Shown here one piece after another: positions 56,165 to 64,000 of a stretch of DNA of 64,000 nt. Source of the DNA: Treponemataceae bacterium (GTDB lineage Bacteria; Spirochaetota; Spirochaetia; Treponematales; Rectinemataceae); contig CAXXGJ010000038.1 in NCBI GenBank assembly GCA_963677895.2, positions 512,001 to 576,000 of the forward strand, read 5' to 3'. The notes beneath the pieces were generated by a model. It made no database searches. It was not told where the DNA came from and worked only from the letters and a program-made list of their open reading frames with translations. How positions within the stretch are numbered: position 1 is the stretch's first letter; each line of letters starts with the position of its first letter. Position numbers and translations under genes: made by a program.

Positions 56165-57001
56165 TTAGACGGGAAGTGACTTTTTCGCGATGGAAGCGAG
56201 TCCCTCCATCACGAGGTTGGGGACGAAGCTGCCCCTGCCCGACCTCTTCAGGAATTCGCGCCCAATCTCGTCGCCCGTTCCATATACGACGACGGCGCCC
56301 GCGCCAAGCGCCTGCATCTCTTCCGTCATCGTTTCCAGCATATGAAGGATGAGGCCTTCGTATCCCAGAAGAATACCGGAACGCACGGATTCGCCCGTCG
56401 AACGGCCTATCGAGCGCGAGGGAAATTCCAGCTTCACCTCGGGAATCTGGACAGCCTGAAGCCTCAAGGTTTCGGCGCAGGTCTCGGGTCCGGGAACGAT
56501 CGCGGCGCCGAGGAATTCGCCTGCCTGATTCACGGCTGAGAAGGTGATCGCCACGCCGAAATCGACGACGATGAAAGCCGAGCTCGTCAGGTCACGGCCG
56601 GCGGCCGCGGCGCAGACAAGATCGCTCCCCAGTTCGGAGGGCAGGTCGGTCCGGATCTTGATGCCGGTCTTGACGCCCGGACCGACGACATGAACCTCGC
56701 AGCCGAATACTTCCTTGGCCGAAGCGGTCAGCAGGGGTGTGAGCGAAGGCACGACACTGGAGATCCAGACCGAATCCGCCTTGGCGGCGGGAGCAGTCGC
56801 GCTGAAAGCGGCGGAGGCTGCCTTACTAAAAGACGCCTTGCCGGATTCCAGGATTTCCTGCAGAAAATGCCGGAAGAGCATGGAATATTCGTCGGAGGTT
56901 CTCTGATAGAGCGCTCCGATTCTGCGGATCGCCCTCCAGGCTCCATTTTCATGGAAACCCACGGAAATGACCTTATTCCGGATATCGATCGTTACCAGCA
57001 T
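56165..57001 (-). CDS. coaX: Type III pantothenate kinase homologue with divergent motifs
   Basis: TSDEY, ISSVVP, GPGVKTG, ELGSD, VDFG, GAAIVPG, IGRST, LVMEGL; adjacent to a PanT-like S component. Confidence 0.8.
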   Translation of the reverse strand: MLVTIDIRNKVISVGFHENGAWRAIRRIGALYQRTSDEYSMLFRHFLQEILESGKASFSKAASAAFSATAPAAKADSVWISSVVPSLTPLLTASAKEVFGCEVHVVGPGVKTGIKIRTDLPSELGSDLVCAAAAGRDLTSSAFIVVDFGVAITFSAVNQAGEFLGAAIVPGPETCAETLRLQAVQIPEVKLEFPSRSIGRSTGESVRSGILLGYEGLILHMLETMTEEMQALGAGAVVVYGTGDEIGREFLKRSGRGSFVPNLVMEGLASIAKKSLPV

Positions 57002-57023
57002 TCTGTCCTCCGCTCAAACCTAG

Positions 57024-57626
57024 CTATTTCTTCTCCTCGTCCGCGAGACGAGCCTTGCCGCTCTTGGAACCAATGCCCCGCCATGCCGCGACCACGGCGA
57101 CCGTCAGCACGGCGGCCAGGGCCGCCTCGACAAAGCTGTTGGCTACGAACACCGAAGCCGCCGCGGCGAGTGGCAACGCGCCGAGTAGGACCAGGGCGCC
57201 CAGGACGAAGAGCGAGTTGGCGAGCGAGCCGACAATGGCCGCCGCCGCGGCGCCCAGCACCACTTTCTTCCTGCCGATAGCCTTGAAAGCCACCCAGGCC
57301 AACAGCCCGACGAGGATGCGCGGCACCACGGAAACGAGGGGATTCGTGAAAAAGACGTCGATAGGCCCCTGGGGAGCCGTGGCCGCCTTTATGAGGCTCG
57401 TGACGCCGAAAATGCCGCCGATTATGGCCCCCGCCACCGGTCCTTCCAGCACGGCGCCCAGAATGGCGGGAACATGCATGACCGTCAGCGAAGCCCCCGC
57501 CACCCATGGAATGTAGCCGAAAGGCGTGAGAAAAAGCGCGATGGAGACGGCGCTCAAGGCTCCCGTCACGATGGTCGTGCGAATCAGGGAATTAGTTCCC
57601 CTGGTTTCGCCTTTGGATTCAGACAT
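57024..57626 (-). CDS. ECF transporter S component, PanT-like
   Basis: TPFGYIP, TVMHVPAILGAVLEGP, SVVPRILVG, NSLFVL. Confidence 0.85.
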   Translation of the reverse strand: MSESKGETRGTNSLIRTTIVTGALSAVSIALFLTPFGYIPWVAGASLTVMHVPAILGAVLEGPVAGAIIGGIFGVTSLIKAATAPQGPIDVFFTNPLVSVVPRILVGLLAWVAFKAIGRKKVVLGAAAAAIVGSLANSLFVLGALVLLGALPLAAAASVFVANSFVEAALAAVLTVAVVAAWRGIGSKSGKARLADEEKK

Positions 57627-57651
57627 ATCGTCCTCCCTGCCTGGTAGCCGC

Positions 57652-58506
57652 CTAGAAAGGTCGAATCCAGGCTTTTATATAGACATTGTCCGCAATCAGG
57701 ACAATGATCGAAAAACCGACGACCAAAACCGCGGAAAGCGCGTCGCCCCGAACGGCGGGCCGACGGGGAGGAAGGGTCCTGCCCTCCCCCGTATAGCAGC
57801 GCGCCTCCATGGCCTCTGCCAGAAGCTCGGCCCGCTCCAGCGCCCGGATCGTCACCGGCACGAAAAGCGGCGCGTAGGCCTTCGCCTTAGCGATGATGTT
57901 CTTTCTGCCGGAACCGAAATCGGCGCCCCTGGACGCCTGCGCTTTCACGATTTCCTCCAGCTCGCCTGCCACGATCGGAACGAAGCGGATGGACGTGGCT
58001 GCGGCGAGGGACAGGCGATGGACGAAGGCAACCTTGCCGCTCAAGCGGCGCAGGATGTCCTCGATGCCCCGCGCCGCGTCGGATTCGGTCGTAACCGAGG
58101 TGAACCATCCGACGATGATCATCATGCCGGAAGATCGCAGCAGGATGAGGGATACGATCCAGAGTTCGTGCATCGTGAAGGAAAGAGGCCCGATGGAGAG
58201 AAGGGAAACGGAAAGATCGCCGGGCCAGCGGAAGAGGAATTGAAGGACCGCGGTCAGGATCAACACGGGGAAGATGGGTTTCAGCGTCCGAAGCAGGAAC
58301 GGCACGGGTATCCTAGAGGCCGCGGCGAGGCCGAGCGACAAAAATATGACCAAGGCCACCGCGAGCGGTGTCGGCGCGGCTATCGCGACCGCGGAGAGGG
58401 CCAGCAGGAATACGTATTTCGTCGAGGGACGTAGGCCGTGAAACCACGAACCCGAGTCGATATATTGGCCGATGCCGATATTCCTGAAAAATTCCAGATT
58501 CTTCAT
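57652..58506 (-). CDS. ecfT: ECF transporter T component
   Basis: IGQY, IRFVP, AQASRG, AMEARCY. Confidence 0.9.
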   Translation of the reverse strand: MKNLEFFRNIGIGQYIDSGSWFHGLRPSTKYVFLLALSAVAIAAPTPLAVALVIFLSLGLAAASRIPVPFLLRTLKPIFPVLILTAVLQFLFRWPGDLSVSLLSIGPLSFTMHELWIVSLILLRSSGMMIIVGWFTSVTTESDAARGIEDILRRLSGKVAFVHRLSLAAATSIRFVPIVAGELEEIVKAQASRGADFGSGRKNIIAKAKAYAPLFVPVTIRALERAELLAEAMEARCYTGEGRTLPPRRPAVRGDALSAVLVVGFSIIVLIADNVYIKAWIRPF

Positions 58507-60305
58507 GCCGGGCCTCCGCTCAAGGGTGCGGCGACGGCTTGCCCCGGGACCGACGAGAGCCCCAGCGCATCGCGCAGAGCTTCCAGGGTCAAAGGATGCC
58601 CGTCGATATGGACGCCGAAGTCTTCCAGCCGCTTCGCGAGCTCGACGGCAAAGGGTAGCGCTATGCCCCAGCCCGGTTCGTAGCGATCGTAGAAGATATC
58701 CCGCGGCGAACCGAAATCGGCGAGCCGCCCGTCGCGGAAAACGGCGACCATATCGGCCAACGCCGCTTCCTCCATGGAGTGCGTGGCGAAAACCACCGTC
58801 CTCCCTTGCCGGGAAACCTGTTCAAGGAGGCCGAATACCGCCTTTTGCGAGGAGGGATCCAGAGCCGCGGTGGGTTCGTCGAGAAGGACTGCCTCGGATT
58901 CAAGGGCGAAGACGCCCGCGAGGGCGAGCTTTCGCTTTTCGCCCCCCGAAAGTCCGCGCGTCATCCGGTCGCGGAATGTGTCATAAGGAATGCCAGCCGA
59001 ATCCATCCACTTTCGCACCCTGTCGACGAGGGACGCCCCGGATATTCCCAGATTCCGGGGGCCGAAGGCGACGTCGTCGGCGGCGTAGATTTCGAAAAGC
59101 GCCGACTCGGGACGCTGGATCGATAGCGGGGCGGTGATTCTCAGTTTGCGGGCATCGAGCGAGGCGGATTTCGTATCCTGCCCGAAGCTGATGACGGAGC
59201 CCTGGGAGGGCTGGATCAATGAGTTGAAAAGCTGGAGCGCGGTGGACTTGCCGGAACCCGTCTTGCCCACCAGCGCGACTCGCCAGCCCCTCCGGACGGC
59301 GAAGGAAACATTTTCCAATGCCCTCACTTCTCCGGCTGTGCCACGCAGGTAGGAAAAGGATACATCCCTGAAGGAAAACACGGGCTCGGAGGCGGCTTCA
59401 TTTCGTACATCCGAGGCAGGCGAAGGCGCTGTTTCGGGGCTTGGATCTCGCGCCGACGCGATCCGCCCGGCCAGTGTTTCGATGTCCTCGTCGAGGGAAG
59501 GCCGCAAGCCGAACAATCCGGCCGCGGCGATGGTTTTTGGAAGATCGAAACCCATGGAAAGGGCGGCGATTCCGCCTCCGGCAGGGGTCGCCGGCGGATC
59601 GTCATCCGTCAAATTCGGAAGGTCCAGAAAAAACCGGGCAGAACTTCCGTCGTAAGCGATCCGCCCCGCCTCGAGGGCGATGATTCTTCCGGCGCGGGCG
59701 GCGTCATCCATATCGTGAGTCACGTGAACGACGGTCATCCCCTGGGTGACGAGCTCTTCCATGAGCCCGAGGACGGTCTGCTTGGTCTTCGGATCGAGCA
59801 TGGAGGTAGCCTCGTCGAAAACGAGGCATTCGGGATTCATCGCCAGAGCCCCGGCGATGGCGAGCTTCTGCTGCTGGCCGCCCGAGAGGGAGCGCGTAGG
59901 CCGCCCGCGCAGCTCGGTCATGCCCACCTTGTCGAGGGCCGCGGTAACTCGCCTTTCTATTTCCTCGTTGGGAAGCCCCAGATTGGAAGGACCGAAGGCC
60001 ACATCTTCCTCGACGCAGCTGGATACGATCTGATCCACGGGGGATTGAAAAACGAGAGCGACGGCGGAACGCACCGCGAACAAGGAGCCGCGGAGCGCGG
60101 GATCGAGCCCTTTCACGAGCACGCTGCCCGAATCGGAGGTCCGAAGTCCGTTGAACAGACGTACCAGCGTGCTCTTGCCCGAACCATTGTTGCCGACGAT
60201 GGCGACATATTCGCCCTTGTCGATGGAGAGGGAGACATCCTTCAATGCCTGGGTTCGGGAATCGGGATATTTGAAACTGACGGAATCGAGCTTTATCAGC
60301 GGCAT
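58503..60305 (-). CDS. ecfA: ECF transporter fused tandem ATPase (A1-A2)
   Basis: GNNGSGKS/LSGGQ/DEATSMLDP and GKTGSGKS/LSGGE/DEPTAALDP. Confidence 0.92.
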   Translation of the reverse strand: MPLIKLDSVSFKYPDSRTQALKDVSLSIDKGEYVAIVGNNGSGKSTLVRLFNGLRTSDSGSVLVKGLDPALRGSLFAVRSAVALVFQSPVDQIVSSCVEEDVAFGPSNLGLPNEEIERRVTAALDKVGMTELRGRPTRSLSGGQQQKLAIAGALAMNPECLVFDEATSMLDPKTKQTVLGLMEELVTQGMTVVHVTHDMDDAARAGRIIALEAGRIAYDGSSARFFLDLPNLTDDDPPATPAGGGIAALSMGFDLPKTIAAAGLFGLRPSLDEDIETLAGRIASARDPSPETAPSPASDVRNEAASEPVFSFRDVSFSYLRGTAGEVRALENVSFAVRRGWRVALVGKTGSGKSTALQLFNSLIQPSQGSVISFGQDTKSASLDARKLRITAPLSIQRPESALFEIYAADDVAFGPRNLGISGASLVDRVRKWMDSAGIPYDTFRDRMTRGLSGGEKRKLALAGVFALESEAVLLDEPTAALDPSSQKAVFGLLEQVSRQGRTVVFATHSMEEAALADMVAVFRDGRLADFGSPRDIFYDRYEPGWGIALPFAVELAKRLEDFGVHIDGHPLTLEALRDALGLSSVPGQAVAAPLSGGPA

Positions 60306-60421
60306 CTGGCCTTCCCTTGCAGAGGGGGCCGCGCGTTAATGTTCAAGGTTCACCTCACGTCTCGGCGACTTCGCGTCCAAGCGTATATCGCAATAATGCC
60401 GCTAGGCGCCGCGGGAGTCAA
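60306..60421 (-). promoter_or_regulatory. Promoter and structured leader of the ECF-coaX operon
   Basis: TTGACT-N17-CATTAT (60393-60421); hairpins at 60358-60383 and 60308-60330, the second covering the SD. Confidence 0.5.
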
Positions 60422-60453
60422 GTCGGGGAGCCGCGTGAAGCCTCCGGATGGGT

Positions 60454-60972
60454 CTAGGACAGGGCGCCTGGGCGGAAGAACAGACCATCGGTCACAAAAT
60501 GAATCCTTTCCTTCCAGGCTCCTTCGATCGCCTCGGCATGGAGGGTGTCGCCCATGACGATCGCCGAAGTGCCCTCCAGGACCAGACCGGAAAGGGAACA
60601 TTCCATCCATCCGACGACTCCGGCCGGAATTTTCACGTCGACGCGTTTGCCGTGAAAAGCTTCTATGCCCAATTCATCGTATTTATCGACATCCTTGCCC
60701 GAGATCGATCCGGATCGGTTCACCAGGTCTTTTTGATCGACGCCCGGCAGGGCGATGGCGAACACTTTCGAAACTTCCAGATCCTTGAAGGTTCTGTGGC
60801 TTATATCAAGAACGCAGATAAACCGAGAAATAGGATCGTAGTCCAGGGGACAACACCAGGCTACTGGGGCGAGATCGTATCGGCCATCTTGGCCTTTCGT
60901 GCAGATGAGAACTATTCCCCCGGCATTTTGAAGCGTATAAGCTTCCTTCGGCGCGACAACCCTGTATTCCAT
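60454..60972 (-). CDS. Flavin reductase-like (FMN-binding split barrel) protein
   Basis: DLAPVAWC, HRT, GSISGKDVDK, WMEC; start MEYR after GGGAGG. Confidence 0.8.
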   Translation of the reverse strand: MEYRVVAPKEAYTLQNAGGIVLICTKGQDGRYDLAPVAWCCPLDYDPISRFICVLDISHRTFKDLEVSKVFAIALPGVDQKDLVNRSGSISGKDVDKYDELGIEAFHGKRVDVKIPAGVVGWMECSLSGLVLEGTSAIVMGDTLHAEAIEGAWKERIHFVTDGLFFRPGALS

Positions 60973-61061
60973 TCCGGACCTCCCTGCCTTCGCGTTTCCG
61001 TGCCTTTCAAATCTATCACACGGTGATGGACAGAAAGAAGCGCCGCGGGGATAATCCATGC

Positions 61062-62432
61062 ATGGAACTTCTTTCCCCTGCCGGCAGCATCGAAAAACTG
61101 ATCTACGCCTACCGATATGGCGCCGACGCGGCGTATATCGGCCTCCCCTACTTCAGCCTCCGCGCCCAGGCCGAAAACATCGACGATGCGGATGGCATGG
61201 CTCCGGACAGGATCCGCGAGATAAAGGAATCCTTCGGGCGACCTGGCGGCCTGCCGGAGCGGCTCAGTGTCTCGCCGGATCGGCCGCCGCCGGGCAAGAA
61301 ACTCTACTGCGCCGCCAACATTTTCTTCCACAACGACGATCTGGACGCCCTCGAAAAAGCGCTGCCGAGGATCGCGGAATATCCCTTCGACGGATTTCTC
61401 GTGAGCGACCTCGGCGCCTATGAAATGCTGAGAAAAGCCTTTCCCGACAGGGAATTCCACCTCAGCACCCAGGCGAACTGCACCAATTGGCGGGCGGCGA
61501 AGCTCTATCGGGATATGGGCTTCAGCCGCATCGTTCCGGCGCGCGAACTTTCCCTCGACGCCATCAAGGCCATAAAGGACCATGTGCCGGGGCTGGAGGT
61601 GGAAGCCTTCGTGCACGGCGCCATGTGCATGGCCTATTCGGGCAGATGTTTCATCTCCTCCTGGCTGGCGGGAAGGTCGGCCAACAAGGGCGACTGCACG
61701 CATTCCTGCCGCTGGCACTATAAAGTCTATATCGAAGAGGAAAAGCGCCATGGTCAGCTCCTGCCCGTAGAGACGGGCGAGACGAGCCACGGCGGCTACA
61801 CCCTCCTCATGTCCTCCCGCGATCTTTGCATGATCGACCACCTCCAGGACCTGAAGGCGGCGGGCGTCGACAGCCTCAAGCTGGAAGGCAGGATGAAAAG
61901 CATCTACTATGTCGCCCTCGTCACCCGCGCCTACCGGTACGCGCTCGATCATCCGGGGGAAGAGAATCCCTTCCGCGAGGATCTCTTCGCCGTCAGCCAC
62001 AGGGAGTACGACACGGGCTTTTTCTATGGCCGCGAGGGGATGGACCTGTCGGCCGTCACGTCCTACCGGCAGACCCACCTTTTCGCGGGAAGCCTCGAGG
62101 ATATGCCGGCCATAGAGGATGGAGCCGCCCAGAACCTCGATGCCGGCGCGGAGAGGACTTCGCTGTTTTCGCGATTTGAAGACGAAGCCTGGACCATTCC
62201 CGTCTATGCCGAACTGAAGAACAGCATCCCGGCCGGCGAAGCCATAGAGGTCATTCCCCCCGAAGGGAAGGCCATCAGGCTCGAGGCGGAGGATTACAGA
62301 TTTTTCGACGTTGAGGGCTGCTCCGGAGGAAAAATCCGGCACGGCAAGCCATGGTTCCTGCAGATCAGAAAAGAAAGGCTGGGCGGGCTGATCCCTCAAG
62401 CCTCGTGGCTGCTCCGGATGGCCAGCGCTTAA
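61062..62432 (+). CDS. Peptidase U32-family Fe-S protein (TrhP-like tRNA hydroxylase)
   Basis: MELLSPAG, GADAAY, HLSTQAN, EAFVHGAMCMAYSGRC...ANKGDCTHSCR, SLKLEGRMKS. Confidence 0.9.
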   Translation: MELLSPAGSIEKLIYAYRYGADAAYIGLPYFSLRAQAENIDDADGMAPDRIREIKESFGRPGGLPERLSVSPDRPPPGKKLYCAANIFFHNDDLDALEKALPRIAEYPFDGFLVSDLGAYEMLRKAFPDREFHLSTQANCTNWRAAKLYRDMGFSRIVPARELSLDAIKAIKDHVPGLEVEAFVHGAMCMAYSGRCFISSWLAGRSANKGDCTHSCRWHYKVYIEEEKRHGQLLPVETGETSHGGYTLLMSSRDLCMIDHLQDLKAAGVDSLKLEGRMKSIYYVALVTRAYRYALDHPGEENPFREDLFAVSHREYDTGFFYGREGMDLSAVTSYRQTHLFAGSLEDMPAIEDGAAQNLDAGAERTSLFSRFEDEAWTIPVYAELKNSIPAGEAIEVIPPEGKAIRLEAEDYRFFDVEGCSGGKIRHGKPWFLQIRKERLGGLIPQASWLLRMASA

Positions 62433-63301
62433 GCCTTCAGCACCCCGCAGATCAGGTTGAACAGCCTCACGCAGTCGGAGGGTTTCGTGGCATAGCCCGT
62501 CCCCGAAGTCTCCTGCCTCACGACGATGCTGCCATAGGCGTCGTCGCCGCCGGCCTCTATTTCGTAGCCGCTCGCGCGCAGATCCTCGAACCTGCTGTAG
62601 CTGGCGCCCTTCCCCTTCGTGAGAATGACGGCGTAGAGATAGGGCACCTCGGCGCTCGGCCCCTTGTTGATGGCCGCCTGGACCTGGACGCCCACGAAAT
62701 CGTCGGCTTTGCGCTTGGGCTCGATCATGAGGCGGATATCCTCCGGCACGTCGCCCCCATTCTTGTCCTTGTCGAAGCGGAGATAGGGCGTGACGACGAC
62801 GTGCTCGGGAATCCGCTCGGCGAACAGCGCCTGGAAGCAGGGCATTTTCAGCGAAAGGACATGGGGCACGAAGGCCTTCACCCTTCCGAAAAACATGGCG
62901 GGGACGGCGAAAAGCAGTCCGTCGGCCAGAATCAGCGACAGATCGGGGCTGAAGGCGAGCGAAACCCCCGCGGCGATCGCCACGGCGCTTGCCAGCATGA
63001 CCATGAGGACGCTGCCGCCGATGGACTTGCCGAAAATCGCCTTCGATTCGCGCAGGGTATCGGCCAGCTTGTCGATCTCGGCCATCGAGACGGGACGCCA
63101 TTCCTCGAGCCCCTGGTCGGCCGGCTTGTTCGTGATCGGCTTGAGGCGGAGGGGAATGTAGCCGAGGACAATGGCGATCAAGCCGGGCAGCAGCCCCCAG
63201 CCGAAGAGGACCTGGAGGAGGGCTCCGGCGGAAAAAAGCCCTGCCGCGAGGGCCAACCTTGCGGAGAGACTCAGTTTCATGGAAGAAAATTCGTAGTCCA
63301 T
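62429..63301 (-). CDS. Hypothetical membrane protein (about 4 TM plus a soluble C-terminal domain)
   Basis: Two hydrophobic hairpins; starts 4 nt after the radical SAM stop, with a GAGG SD. Confidence 0.75.
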   Translation of the reverse strand: MDYEFSSMKLSLSARLALAAGLFSAGALLQVLFGWGLLPGLIAIVLGYIPLRLKPITNKPADQGLEEWRPVSMAEIDKLADTLRESKAIFGKSIGGSVLMVMLASAVAIAAGVSLAFSPDLSLILADGLLFAVPAMFFGRVKAFVPHVLSLKMPCFQALFAERIPEHVVVTPYLRFDKDKNGGDVPEDIRLMIEPKRKADDFVGVQVQAAINKGPSAEVPYLYAVILTKGKGASYSRFEDLRASGYEIEAGGDDAYGSIVVRQETSGTGYATKPSDCVRLFNLICGVLKA

Positions 63302-63305
63302 CGCT

Positions 63306-64000
63306 TTACCTCTTTTCGTCGGCCGCGGAAACCGCGGGCCGCGACATCGCGCGATTATCGCCGCCTGCCCTTGTTGCCATCGTTTTTCCGGCGCTCTCGA
63401 GCTCGCCGTACCCAGCGTAGTCCCAATACAGGGGGCAGGCGGCCTGGCAGGCGGTGAAGGAACCGCAGCTTGCGCAGGATTCGGGAGCGTAGCGTTTATT
63501 CTTGAAGTGGGCGGCGCGTTCCGAGAACCAGATATCCGAAAAATCCTTCTTCAGAATGTTGCCGAGCGATTCGGGATAGGAGGAACAGGGCAGGATATCG
63601 CCGGCGGGATTCACGCTCAGGAGACCGTCGGCGGCGGCGCAGCTCTTGTTGCCCAAGCCCCTGGCGACGGGATTGTAGATGCAGAGCGGCGTCGGCGAAT
63701 ACCAGAAAAAGGTGAGCCCTTCCCTGAAGGCTTGCCTGCGGATTTCGTCGACGAAGGCTCCCGTTTCCGAATAGGCCACGAAGAGCTCGGGCGCCCGCTC
63801 AGAATTGGCCGCCGGGATGTAGAGGTTCATCGAAAAGCGCTCGACGCCGAGGCTCTTCAGGTAGGCGGGCATCGAGAGAAGGCTTTCCCTATTGGGCCGG
63901 GTAAGGGTCGAGTTGGTCTGCACGCGGATTCCCGCGGCGGCGAGCGCTTCGATGCCCGCCAAGGTGCGCTCGTGCGCGCCCGGGGCGCCGCAGAGGCGAT
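63306..64000 (-). CDS. Radical SAM/SPASM-domain protein, 5' end outside the window
   Basis: Frame is open to the window edge; SCAAADGLLSVNPAGDILPC and CASCGSFTACQAACP SPASM cysteines. Confidence 0.85.
   Translation of the reverse strand, partial: RLCGAPGAHERTLAGIEALAAAGIRVQTNSTLTRPNRESLLSMPAYLKSLGVERFSMNLYIPAANSERAPELFVAYSETGAFVDEIRRQAFREGLTFFWYSPTPLCIYNPVARGLGNKSCAAADGLLSVNPAGDILPCSSYPESLGNILKKDFSDIWFSERAAHFKNKRYAPESCASCGSFTACQAACPLYWDYAGYGELESAGKTMATRAGGDNRAMSRPAVSAADEKR

Noticed and set aside
60912..63101. 729-aa minus-strand ORF
   Set aside because: Composite of an off-frame read of the membrane gene and the antisense of the U32 gene.

Overview
GC-rich chromosomal segment of a spirochaete, most likely a free-living anaerobic Treponematales/Rectinema-like organism. 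The inference rests on gene order (mraZ-rsmH-ftsL-murF-mraY-ftsW-ftsQ-ftsA-ftsZ-xerD), a short spirochaete-type RpoZ and spirochaete-type ParE/ParC. Most of the window is core genome: the dcw cluster, infC-rpmI-rplT-zapB-zapA-rpoZ-miaA, fba, clpB-tatD, argR, purA-guaA, pcnB, tsaEB, parEC, tRNA-Met and tRNA-Asn. Accessory modules are a lipA plus split lipoate-ligase operon, a 5TM-PAS histidine kinase with a REC-PAS-GAF-HD-GYP partner, an hfs-like sensory plus catalytic [FeFe]-hydrogenase cluster, an ECF (PanT-like) transporter with coaX, and a truncated radical SAM/SPASM gene. I saw no prophage, transposase, CRISPR array or defence system. The best candidates for new biology are: (1) a CoaX with substitutions in all three signature motifs, placed behind an ECF module and a structured SD-occluding leader; (2) a GH57 branching-enzyme homologue whose catalytic nucleophile reads Gln; (3) about nine genes that look leaderless, plus probable CTG/ATN starts; (4) a structured infC leader; (5) tandem hairpin repeats after tRNA-Asn; (6) the hydrogenase cluster with two small [2Fe-2S] proteins. 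All calls come from motif recognition by eye; no searches were run.
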